Positions 1-8,881 of a stretch of 64,000 bases of DNA are shown here, in pieces. The stretch lies in NCBI GenBank assembly GCA_036339465.1, contig JAYZAY010000085.1:85479-149478 (forward strand), given 5' to 3'. The stretch comes from Myxococcota bacterium (GTDB lineage Bacteria; Myxococcota; XYA12-FULL-58-9; JABJBS01). A program made the position numbers and the translations under genes. Each line of letters starts with the position of its first letter. The first letter of the stretch is position 1. Below the pieces are notes generated by a model. The model saw only the letters and a list, made by a program, of their open reading frames with translations. It had not been told where the DNA came from and did not search any database.

Positions 1-635
1 CAGGCGAGGTTCGCAAAGCGCCTCAGCTCAGTATCCGATTGGAGTAGAAAAACGACGTTAAGGAGTAGGCTACCGAAATCAACGGCATTGGAGTTCCGAA
101 GTTTTTTTTCATAGAGTTTGTAGATTTCGGCAGCTCGCTGCTCATTCATATCAAATTGTGAGGGTTGGACGTAGTCGGCTCTGAGGCCCTGGTTTTTCCA
201 CTTTTCAATAATGCTTCTAATTAATCGGGGGGGGAAAACTTGATGGTCTAGGTTTAGCTCAATGAGGCATTGTTTTATGGCCTGAAGCTGATCATCTTGA
301 TCATAGATGACGTAATGGGAATCTAATCCTAAGGGCGAACCAAATTTTCTAAGCATTTTGCCACAGAAGCTATGGAAAGTACTTACATGGAGAGCGTATT
401 CAGGGACCCCCGTGAGTTGGCTGACTCGAAACCGCATTTCTTTAGCCGCCTTGTTGGTAAAGGTCATGGCTAAGATTTTGTCGGGGGCGACTCCGTTTTC
501 GAAAATAAAATGAGCAATCCGGTAGGTAATCGCTGTGGTTTTCCCGGTGCCGGCTCCCGCCAATACGAGGAGGGGTGAATTGTCATGGAGAACGGACTCT
601 CGTTGCGCAGCGTTCAATTTACTTAAATCAAGCAT
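1..635 (-). CDS. UvrD/PcrA SF1 DNA helicase, N-terminal part (runs off the window; absent from the ORF track)
   Basis: Manual translation from ATG 635 gives MLDLSKLNAAQRESVLHDNSPLLVLAGAGTGKTTAITYRIA...ILAMTFTNKAAKEMR (Q motif, Walker A, motif Ia); downstream NAVDFG is in the same frame. Confidence 0.95.
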   Translation of the reverse strand, partial: MLDLSKLNAAQRESVLHDNSPLLVLAGAGTGKTTAITYRIAHFIFENGVAPDKILAMTFTNKAAKEMRFRVSQLTGVPEYALHVSTFHSFCGKMLRKFGSPLGLDSHYVIYDQDDQLQAIKQCLIELNLDHQVFPPRLIRSIIEKWKNQGLRADYVQPSQFDMNEQRAAEIYKLYEKKLRNSNAVDFGSLLLNVVFLLQSDTELRRFANLA

Positions 636-753
636 CCTTAGCCATTTGCCTTTTATCGTGAATGTGAGCGTCTCTGTGGCTTGTGCGCCACGTATGCCCA
701 TGGCAATCTCATAAATTAGAAACGGCTGCAATGTATGGGCAGGATGCGAGTGA

Positions 754-1932
754 GTGTTTATGGTTTTCGATGTTAATTTGCTAGAAGATTTCAAAGCTAC
801 TCCCTTGGAGTCATTGATCTTTCGTCTTTTAGAGGGGAGTCCCATTTCTTTGCGGGAATTGGCAGAGTTAGCCCAGTCGTTACCGATGCCAGATGAAAAG
901 ATAAACCATGAGGAGTTTTTTCCTTGCCATCGTGGGACGTGGTTTATTGGATTGCAACCCCAGGGAGAGTGGTTTTCAAAGGCTTCGCCTCCAAATTTAT
1001 TGTTTTGTGATATATCTAGCTTCTTGACTTGGATGGTCCGACTGAGCTGGTCCTTGGCGGCTCGAAATGAGCTGGAGTCGATTTCGGGCTTAGTGGTAGC
1101 AGATAGGTCATTGTCGTGGTCGGCATTGGAGAGAAAGTTTCGGAGACGTATAGGACGATTTTGGGAAATTCAAAAATCAAGCCTTTTGAACTTGGATTCT
1201 ACAGCCTTGGTTTTGGGGTATCATGACTTTCTTGGTGGTGTTTCCGGTTATCGTCGTTGGCTCCGTGAGTGCTGCGAAGATGCGCCGGAGGGGACTTCTG
1301 CAGATGGGATTGAAGATGGAAGAAGTATGGCATGGATGACTTTTGAAGGTGAACTTCTTCGGAACTCGCAGTCTGTTGTTCGTGGGTTGGAATTCAAGGA
1401 GCACCAAGTTGGACTCTGGCGAGATTACGGTCCCCATGGAGTAGGAGGATTTGTTTGGCGCGGTTCGAATGAGTTTCTAGAGGGTGAGCTTTCGAAAATG
1501 GATTTGAATTTACCTGAGGAAATTAGAGCCCTCTCTTATTTTCGACTTTGCCCTTTCGACCATTGGGTGCCTAGCAATCGTCATTATCTTTCTCGCCTAT
1601 TGTCACAATATGAAAAATACTGCTTTCATGATGAGATGATGACTCCGGAGGTCGTCTCTTGGCAGGGTATGACCGACGCATTACCCCATCTTATTTCTCC
1701 CGGTTTGTTTGTGAACAAGATCAAGGAAAAGGTTGAATCTCAGAAAGAATCCCAGCTCGACAGGAAAGCCTCTGAGTCTTCTCCAAAAGAGTCCTCAAGA
1801 GAAGCGCCACCGAAGGATGAAGCGCTGGGAGTTCTTAAGGAAAAGTTAGAAAAGGTTTTTGGGAAAAACAAACCAACTTTATCGGATGTGCCCAAACCAA
1901 TGGTGCCACCACGATTCCGTATCAAGGTATAG
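754..1932 (+). CDS. hypothetical protein, 392 aa, charged low-complexity C-terminus
   Basis: Long ORF filling the gap between the helicase and PilZ genes; no motif recognised. Confidence 0.7.
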   Translation: MFMVFDVNLLEDFKATPLESLIFRLLEGSPISLRELAELAQSLPMPDEKINHEEFFPCHRGTWFIGLQPQGEWFSKASPPNLLFCDISSFLTWMVRLSWSLAARNELESISGLVVADRSLSWSALERKFRRRIGRFWEIQKSSLLNLDSTALVLGYHDFLGGVSGYRRWLRECCEDAPEGTSADGIEDGRSMAWMTFEGELLRNSQSVVRGLEFKEHQVGLWRDYGPHGVGGFVWRGSNEFLEGELSKMDLNLPEEIRALSYFRLCPFDHWVPSNRHYLSRLLSQYEKYCFHDEMMTPEVVSWQGMTDALPHLISPGLFVNKIKEKVESQKESQLDRKASESSPKESSREAPPKDEALGVLKEKLEKVFGKNKPTLSDVPKPMVPPRFRIKV

Positions 1933-1941
1933 AGAAAAATC

Positions 1942-2283
1942 CTATGTGGACGTGTTGCGGCGCTCATTAACGATTTCGGCGATGAGTGTTTCTGAATCCG
2001 GATCGAGGTTAACAAACTCTACGCCCATTCCTGGGTGTTCACTGGCAGGTGGATTGATGTGGACGACGCGTCCCAATCCTTCGAGCAGACTTGAATCAGT
2101 CAATTGAAATTGGAGATAAATCATTGCGCCAATTTTATGTGGTGTCGTGGTTTTTATGAAAATGCCATGGGTGGAAATATTGCAGGCATATTCTGCTTCG
2201 AAACTATCGCGGCTATCGAACTTGATTTGCAAAAGCAGGTTCAATGGGACTCGGCTTGCTAGCCTACGTTCATTTTCTACCAT
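1942..2283 (-). CDS. stand-alone PilZ-domain protein (TIGR02266-like)
   Basis: RRLASR (RxxxR), NISTHG (NxSxxG), GMGVEF. Confidence 0.9.
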   Translation of the reverse strand: MVENERRLASRVPLNLLLQIKFDSRDSFEAEYACNISTHGIFIKTTTPHKIGAMIYLQFQLTDSSLLEGLGRVVHINPPASEHPGMGVEFVNLDPDSETLIAEIVNERRNTST

Positions 2284-2348
2284 TCGTTTCCCCCTTTCGT
2301 ATTCTAACGGGGAGTAACTGTTTTTGGCAATGACCGTTTCTGAGAGGT

Positions 2349-3713
2349 TTAGGGAGTGAGATAATCCATGAGGGTGTTGACGTTCCTTATTCCAATGACT
2401 TCGGCCCGGATTTCAGATTCAAGAGAGGTCCGTTCAAGGTCGATCGCGGGAACGTAACATTGATTGAACCCAAGAGATTGTGCTTCTTGTAGACGGATTT
2501 CAAGGCCGGTCACCCCACGGATTTCTCCGGAGAGGCCGACTTCTCCTATGAAAATTGCTTTGGGAGCAATGGCGTTTTGGGTTATTGAAGACGATAAAGC
2601 AGCAATAATGCCCAAATCAGCGGCGGGTTCTTGAATCCTGACACCGCCAGCAACGTTGACGTAGAGATCTAGGCCCCCCATTTCTAGGCCACATCGAGCT
2701 TCTAGGACAGCCCCCAGTATCGCTATTCGCTGTTGGTCTACACCGACAGTCGTTCGTCTTGGGGAGCCATAGACGGCGGGGGTTACAAGGGTTTGGACTT
2801 CTAGAAGGAGAGGGCGCGATCCCTCTAAGGAGGAAACAACCGCCGTCCCGGGTCCGTCTGAGCGTTGGCTCAGAAAAAGTTCTGAAGGATTGGTGACCGG
2901 CTTCAAACCATCGCTCATCATTTCGAAAACCCCAATCTCACGGGCGGATCCAAAGCGATTTTTGTGTGCCCGGAGTATACGGTAAGAGCCTGTTCGCTCA
3001 CCTTCGAAATAGAGGACGGTGTCTACCATGTGTTCGAGCAGTTTGGGTCCGGCGATAGCGCCCTCTTTGGTAACATGCCCCACCACAAATGTAGGTAAAT
3101 CTCGCTGTTTCGCAATTCCCATTAGTCGATTGGTCACTTCTCGAATTTGGCTAACAGAACCCACCGAGCTCGCTACTTCTGAGGTCCCGATGGTCTGAAT
3201 GGAGTCGATAATAAGTACGGCGGGATTCAATTCATCCAGGGAATGTTCGATGGCCTCCAGGCTTGTTTCTGGAAATATGTAGAGTTGGGAAGCTTGGGTT
3301 GTAAGTCTTTCACTTCTCAATCGAACTTGTTGCGCAGACTCCTCACCGGTAACGTAAAGAACAGGTTTATTGAGTTCGTTGGCAAGGTTGCCTGCTGCCT
3401 GAAGCAGTAGCGTCGATTTACCTATTCCTGGATCTCCTCCCACCAGTATGAGCGAGCCAAGCACAAGTCCCCCTCCCAAAACCTGATCAAGTTCTGGGAT
3501 ACCGGTGGCAAGGCGAGGGCAATCAAGTGTTTCAATCTCCAGGACAGGTATGGGGCGCGTGGTGGTGCGTTCGAGGGGCGCAGTGCCCTTGGATTTGGTT
3601 ATAAATTCTTCTGCTAAGGAACCCCAAGAGTCACAGCTAGGGCAGCGTCCCAGCCACTTGCTTTCTTGGTGTCGGCAGGATTGACAAACGAATTGGGTTT
3701 TCGACTTGGGCAT
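2349..3713 (-). CDS. radA: DNA repair protein RadA/Sms
   Basis: C4 zinc finger, GGDPGIGKSTLLLQ, KNRFG motif, Lon-like C-terminal domain. Confidence 0.98.
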   Translation of the reverse strand: MPKSKTQFVCQSCRHQESKWLGRCPSCDSWGSLAEEFITKSKGTAPLERTTTRPIPVLEIETLDCPRLATGIPELDQVLGGGLVLGSLILVGGDPGIGKSTLLLQAAGNLANELNKPVLYVTGEESAQQVRLRSERLTTQASQLYIFPETSLEAIEHSLDELNPAVLIIDSIQTIGTSEVASSVGSVSQIREVTNRLMGIAKQRDLPTFVVGHVTKEGAIAGPKLLEHMVDTVLYFEGERTGSYRILRAHKNRFGSAREIGVFEMMSDGLKPVTNPSELFLSQRSDGPGTAVVSSLEGSRPLLLEVQTLVTPAVYGSPRRTTVGVDQQRIAILGAVLEARCGLEMGGLDLYVNVAGGVRIQEPAADLGIIAALSSSITQNAIAPKAIFIGEVGLSGEIRGVTGLEIRLQEAQSLGFNQCYVPAIDLERTSLESEIRAEVIGIRNVNTLMDYLTP

Positions 3714-3779
3714 GACCGCTCAAATAATCCGATTATTGGGAAATTGCACGTATGGAGAGTCACTCTTCATTTGTGGGGA

Positions 3780-6131
3780 TTAATTTTGGTACATGGATGA
3801 AGGGAGATCGATGAGTTCACCGAGTTCCTCGGCTTCTGCGATCAAAGAAGCCACCAATCGGTGACTTCTATGGAGCACATTGACCTGTTCTTTTACTTTC
3901 TGGCTGCGGTTCTCTTCAATCCGAAGAGTTTGGTAGAAAGCGCGCTTCATTTGCTCTACAAACTCTTCGTTATCGAGGATACCGGGTACCAATGCGTGGA
4001 GTCGATCGAAGATGTCCTGAAGCACATATTCAGTTAAATTGACTTTTCTATCCGTTGTAGATTGGCTTTTGGCTTCTTCGGTTTGACCGAGAGGGATCTC
4101 AAAGAGGATGGCGAAAAGGACTAAGTTTTCTTCGGGGGTTCCATAAAATTCTTCCATGGTTTTCCCGTTGCCAGGGGACATGCTGTCCTGGAGTGCGAGC
4201 AGGGTTACGGGGCCAATTTGGCTTTTTCGGTCTCCTGCTTCTACTTGCTGGAGCCACCGTTTCGAGGCGCAAGAGTAGTAAAGCAGAGCGCGGATGAGTT
4301 CTTCTTGCTCTCCACCCAGCCCTTCCCGTTGTGTCCGGGCGATGAAATTATTGAGGGATTCGTCCTCGCGTGGCCAGATGGGCAGCTCCGCCTCTTTTTG
4401 AATCCGGGCGATGATGAAGCGTTCAATCATTTCTGCCGTTTTTCCGGGAATGTGCACATTCCCTTGGGCATCAATGAGCTCCACGCGTTTTAGGGCGTTT
4501 TCCACAAGTTGTTTTTGCCCAGGTTCGAATTCTCCATTGCGATTCACAAGTCCCAAATGAACGGGGAGCAGGAGTTCGGGAGCTTTTCGAAAGAATAGGA
4601 GCTCGGAACTCGATAAAATACCATTGTTAAGCTTTAGGGCGTAGGCATCTGTGGATTCTCCGGGCTCTTGTATGACCAGTTGGCCAGGTTCGACAAAAAC
4701 CGTGTCTGGCTCCACGGTTGGCGTTTGGCTCGGAGGGGTTGGAATCTCCTGGGTGATATGTGTGTTGTCAACGGGGGGACGATTGTGTTCAGGTGTGGTG
4801 AGTTCTCCAGTCGCTTCCTGGTCTTGGCGACCGATTTCTACCTTTGTCGCAACGTCATCAACTTTTTCTTCCAAGCGAGTTAGTTGTTCTAGTTGTTTGG
4901 TTAGGTCATTTTGGCGTTGTGCAGGAGCTTTGGGTTTCGCCAAACGAACGCGACTGGCTTGGTTGTGCTGTGTGGCTTCTTGGATTTCTCGCCAGACGGG
5001 GTTTTGGTGTGATTTAAATTTTCTGGCAGCTTCTTGCCCTTGAGTCGAATCGATGGCGAGAAGAATCTGCTTTTCTGTGGGGAGGAAAAGGAGTTCTCGT
5101 CGTTCGTCAAGATCGGTGGTGTCAAGTCGGTTGACGCGAGCGAGAAAAATAAGGATATTTTCCTTAAGCGCTTTTTTCTCTTTTTCATCTACATCCGCAT
5201 TTTCAATGAGTGAGCCGTAGAGTTCGTCAGCGATTTCCAGTAAGTCGTCACCAGGTTCCGGCTGGTATAGATTGCCCAGTGTTGGGGTGTCTTTGAGTGC
5301 CCGGTCAGCCAGGATTTGGCGTACGACGTTTCGAGAGAGTTGTTTTGGGTGGTAGTTTTTGCCAGGCCCATGTTGTTGAAATCGAGGATGGGCTTTTGCT
5401 CGTTTCACATTGAGTGCCGCTCTGTGCTTTTGTTGAGCGATGATTGGTTTCCAATGTTTGGTGTGTGGAATGTAGATAACGTCGAGATTTTTTTGAGAAG
5501 GTTTGAGTTTGTTTGTGTAGGCTGTGACGCTGATCAGCGTCTTGATCGTGTCTTCATCATAGTTTCTGTAGGTTTTTCGTATAATGTCCTCAAGATTTTG
5601 GTTTGGCTCGACCACCAAGAATGTACTGCGTTCCAAGAGAGGTAATTTCCTGCCGATGTTTTGTGGATGGACTTCGTAATATAAGGTTTCAACCGTGGGG
5701 AGCGTGATAGCGGGAGGGGGAGGCTCTGAAAGAGAGAATCCGTTTGCTTCGGCAATACGTTTGAGAATTGGTTCTGAAATTGTGTTGACTCGAAAAAAAC
5801 GGGCCACGGCATTTTGCCAGGATTCATTGGGTCTGAGGTTGAGCCGAAAACCGTTCCTCAGAAACTGAGGATCCCTCGGCCCAGCAGTGGGGCCGTGTGG
5901 TTTACTGGTGTCCTTATGGATGGTAACGCTTTTTGGGGGAACTGGCTCGGGGACAGGTAATTTCTTATTGGGCTTGGGCTCTAGAACGTCTGCCATTGGC
6001 TCCATCTTAACGCTATTTGCAGGCCCGGTGGGTTTCTTGGGGGGAGTCGGTATCAATTGGGATTGTTTGGAAAGCTGCCTGATTGAAAGATGAGTATCAC
6101 CCTTTGGGACTGACTTTGGCTTATCAACCAT
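3780..6131 (-). CDS. 783-aa hypothetical protein with three degenerate LysM-like repeats
   Basis: Three segments resembling the LysM pattern (see findings), a Pro/Lys-rich N-terminus and a coiled-coil middle. Confidence 0.6.
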   Translation of the reverse strand: MVDKPKSVPKGDTHLSIRQLSKQSQLIPTPPKKPTGPANSVKMEPMADVLEPKPNKKLPVPEPVPPKSVTIHKDTSKPHGPTAGPRDPQFLRNGFRLNLRPNESWQNAVARFFRVNTISEPILKRIAEANGFSLSEPPPPAITLPTVETLYYEVHPQNIGRKLPLLERSTFLVVEPNQNLEDIIRKTYRNYDEDTIKTLISVTAYTNKLKPSQKNLDVIYIPHTKHWKPIIAQQKHRAALNVKRAKAHPRFQQHGPGKNYHPKQLSRNVVRQILADRALKDTPTLGNLYQPEPGDDLLEIADELYGSLIENADVDEKEKKALKENILIFLARVNRLDTTDLDERRELLFLPTEKQILLAIDSTQGQEAARKFKSHQNPVWREIQEATQHNQASRVRLAKPKAPAQRQNDLTKQLEQLTRLEEKVDDVATKVEIGRQDQEATGELTTPEHNRPPVDNTHITQEIPTPPSQTPTVEPDTVFVEPGQLVIQEPGESTDAYALKLNNGILSSSELLFFRKAPELLLPVHLGLVNRNGEFEPGQKQLVENALKRVELIDAQGNVHIPGKTAEMIERFIIARIQKEAELPIWPREDESLNNFIARTQREGLGGEQEELIRALLYYSCASKRWLQQVEAGDRKSQIGPVTLLALQDSMSPGNGKTMEEFYGTPEENLVLFAILFEIPLGQTEEAKSQSTTDRKVNLTEYVLQDIFDRLHALVPGILDNEEFVEQMKRAFYQTLRIEENRSQKVKEQVNVLHRSHRLVASLIAEAEELGELIDLPSSMYQN

Positions 6132-6247
6132 CGTATTACCGCCTTAGAATACCGGAGCAGGTAAGCTCTACCCTATTCTCGCAATGTAGCGGCAGATTCA
6201 CAAAGGTGTCGCGTAAGAAATCTAAATTTTTTTGAAATTATTGGGGC

Positions 6248-7798
6248 CTAACCACCAAAGAGGGCGGGGTTTTTCTGGATTGTTGCGTTCTTCCTAAGAA
6301 ATCCCATCCAATCTGTGAATATTTGTCGCCGTTTAGAGGCTAACTTTTCTTCTCGCAGAGATTCTTTCTTTCCTGCGAAGTCTTCATCCGATGGAATTTC
6401 TCGGTTTACGAAATGAATGGCGTAGAAACTATTACCGACTCTATAGGCTTTGTCGGCAACGCTCTTTTCTTCGCTTAATTCAAAGATCGCTTTTTGCAGT
6501 TCCTGAGATGTTCCGATACCAGGGATGGAAGTCTCTTCTTTGAGGATCCAGGGCGTGGTTTTACGGACTATTGCACTAACTGCCTCCATGGGGGGAAGCT
6601 GCCGACGTTCTTCTTCGGAAACTGTCATTTCATTGAAGGATTTCCCATCCCTTAGGGCGGCGAGAAAGATGTCTGCTTTTTCTTGGGCAACTTTTTCAGC
6701 GGCACGCTCCCGGAGTATGGAGGCAGCGACTTTCTCTTTGACGGTTTCCAGTGCTTTCGTTTCTTCGGGTAATATCTCGTCGATTTTGATGATGTGGTAA
6801 CCCAATCGAGTTTTGATGGGCGTTTTTGAATACTCGCCAGCGTTTAGCTGAAACGCCTGTAATTCAAGGCCTTTGAGCATTTGTCCGCTGGTAAAGGTGC
6901 CCATTTCACCGCCCTTTGCGGAGGTTCGTTCATCGTCGGACTCGGTTTTGGCCATGGCTTCGAAGGCTTCTCCCTTATCCAGTCGTTTGAGGAGTTCTAA
7001 CGCCTTGGCCTCTGCCTCCTTTCGGGTTTTCTCATCGGCATCGCCGGGGAGTTTTTTCAGTATCTGTCGTACCTTTACGCGCTTACCGGTTTTGTAGCGG
7101 TTGATGTCTTTCTCATACCGTTTTTGGAGGTGATCTCCAGTCTCAGCCATGAGTGCGGCGATTTCTTCTGGATTGGGTTCCGGTTGGGCCAAGGTATTCA
7201 TATTGAAGCGGACGTAATTGACCATGGCGCGATCAAATTCTCGTGTGTACGAGCTTTTGAGCTCTTGGTCAGAAATGGTGATGTTGTCTGTGATGGATTC
7301 TCGAAGCTTTTGTCCCAAAAGATCCTTGCGAACGGTTTCCTCAAAGCGCCTTGCGGTGGTTTGATACACGTTGTTCACAAACGCTTCCCATTGGTCGGCG
7401 GAGACATTCTCGAGTCCGAAGTTTTTGTTCACGTAGTCCAAAAGCGCATCATTAGAGACCCGAAAGCCGCGTCTGTCTGCCTCTTGGGCGAGTAATTTAC
7501 CCTCGATTAGCCCATCGATAACTTGGGTTTTAAGTCCGAGCCTGGCGATCATCTCAGGATCCAACGTACCCCCGGTTTGTTGGAAGGTTCGTCGTAACTG
7601 TTCAATTCTGCGCCCGTAAACCACCGAGAAATCACGTTGTGATATAGTCTCATTGTTGACAATGGCTGCGTAGTCGTTTTCGCCCGGGGTACAGCTTCCC
7701 GATCCAGGTCCGAAGTTAAGGGCAAAAACAAAGCAAATTCCACCCAGCATGATGTAGGTGAAAATCGAGGCATTTTTCTTTCTCATATAATCAAGCAT
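6248..7798 (-). CDS. ppiD: PpiD/SurA-like membrane-anchored parvulin peptidyl-prolyl isomerase
   Basis: Start MLDYMRKK with an N-terminal TM, SurA-N-like region, rotamase motifs FEAMAKTESDD..KGGEMG and GYHIIK. Confidence 0.85.
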   Translation of the reverse strand: MLDYMRKKNASIFTYIMLGGICFVFALNFGPGSGSCTPGENDYAAIVNNETISQRDFSVVYGRRIEQLRRTFQQTGGTLDPEMIARLGLKTQVIDGLIEGKLLAQEADRRGFRVSNDALLDYVNKNFGLENVSADQWEAFVNNVYQTTARRFEETVRKDLLGQKLRESITDNITISDQELKSSYTREFDRAMVNYVRFNMNTLAQPEPNPEEIAALMAETGDHLQKRYEKDINRYKTGKRVKVRQILKKLPGDADEKTRKEAEAKALELLKRLDKGEAFEAMAKTESDDERTSAKGGEMGTFTSGQMLKGLELQAFQLNAGEYSKTPIKTRLGYHIIKIDEILPEETKALETVKEKVAASILRERAAEKVAQEKADIFLAALRDGKSFNEMTVSEEERRQLPPMEAVSAIVRKTTPWILKEETSIPGIGTSQELQKAIFELSEEKSVADKAYRVGNSFYAIHFVNREIPSDEDFAGKKESLREEKLASKRRQIFTDWMGFLRKNATIQKNPALFGG

Positions 7799-7872
7799 AC
7801 GCGCCGATATATCCTGGGCTATTGCTAGGAGCAATAAGGAATCCCTAAGGAAAAGTGAGAAGTGTGAATGTT

Positions 7873-8427
7873 TTAACGAATCATGGGGTTCTGGAAGATT
7901 TTCTCGCGCAGATAAGCGAGTTCCGCGACCGACTGTTGGATGTCGTGGAGGGCGGTGTGCTTACCCTCATCGGGTTTCACATACTTGTCTTTGTACCACC
8001 AGTAACCGAGCTCTTTGACGGTTGAGACGTCGATATTTCGGTAGTGTAGAAACCGCTCGAAGCCCGGCATGTATTTCACAAGGAATCGCCGGTCTTGTCC
8101 TATGGAATTTCCACAGAGGGGGGCGCTTTGGAAGGAGCAGTATCGGGAGACCAGTTGAAGGGCTTTGAGTTCTGCATCTGCAACCGAGAGCTTTGAGAGT
8201 TTTATTTTGTCTAAGAGGCAGGATTTCCGATGCATTTCACGAACATAGGGGTCCATTGTTTCCAGCACGGAATTAGGCTGCCACACAACTAAATTGAGAG
8301 CGGGACATACCTCGGTTAGGTCTCGGTCCGTAATGATCACGGCTATTTCTACGATCGCGCAGGCTTCGGGATCCAATCCCGTCATCTCTAAATCGACCCA
8401 AACCAAGAGATCATCACGTGGAATCAT
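7873..8427 (-). CDS. orn: oligoribonuclease
   Basis: LVWVDLEMTGLDP, GNSIGQDRRFL, HTALHDI. Confidence 0.97.
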   Translation of the reverse strand: MIPRDDLLVWVDLEMTGLDPEACAIVEIAVIITDRDLTEVCPALNLVVWQPNSVLETMDPYVREMHRKSCLLDKIKLSKLSVADAELKALQLVSRYCSFQSAPLCGNSIGQDRRFLVKYMPGFERFLHYRNIDVSTVKELGYWWYKDKYVKPDEGKHTALHDIQQSVAELAYLREKIFQNPMIR

Positions 8428-8543
8428 TCAAATTCTCCTCTTCGGAGCAAGGTCCATAGCGTACCTTGGTTGTGCCTACAACCCGTGGACCGAGGTTCTA
8501 CGGGTATAACGACAAACTATTCGGCGCAGATTGTTTTAAAAAC

Positions 8544-8587
8544 TTGCGAATCTTCTATGAATAATTATAAGTAAGTAGCTTGCTTAT
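8544..8587 (+). promoter_or_regulatory. putative sigma70 promoter with an overlapping inverted-repeat operator
   Basis: TTGCGA (8544)-16 nt-TATAAG (8566); ATAAGTAAG-tag-CTTGCTTAT at 8567-8587. Confidence 0.5.
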
Positions 8588-8604
8588 GTATAAGGGAGGC
8601 CCTC

Positions 8605-8877
8605 ATGGCTGTTATTTCGTTACCGACCCCCTTGCGTCCCTACGCAGATAAGAGTGCAGAGGTGGAAGTAAATGGGACTACGGTTGGACAAGCCCTAGAT
8701 CATTTGACAGAAAAATTTCCTGCACTTCGAAAACATCTATTTTCTGAGGACGGAAGCTTGCGAAGTTTTGTCAATGTATATTTGAATGACGAGGATATTC
8801 GCTTCCTCGATAAAGGGGCGACAAAGGTTGGTGAGAGGGATGCGCTGAGCATTATCCCGTCTATTGCTGGAGGCTGA
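8605..8877 (+). CDS. MoaD/ThiS/CysO-like ubiquitin-fold sulfur carrier
   Basis: 90 aa, VNVYLNDEDIRFL, ends IIPSIAGG; GGGAGG RBS. Confidence 0.93.
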   Translation: MAVISLPTPLRPYADKSAEVEVNGTTVGQALDHLTEKFPALRKHLFSEDGSLRSFVNVYLNDEDIRFLDKGATKVGERDALSIIPSIAGG

Positions 8878-8881
8878 AAAA

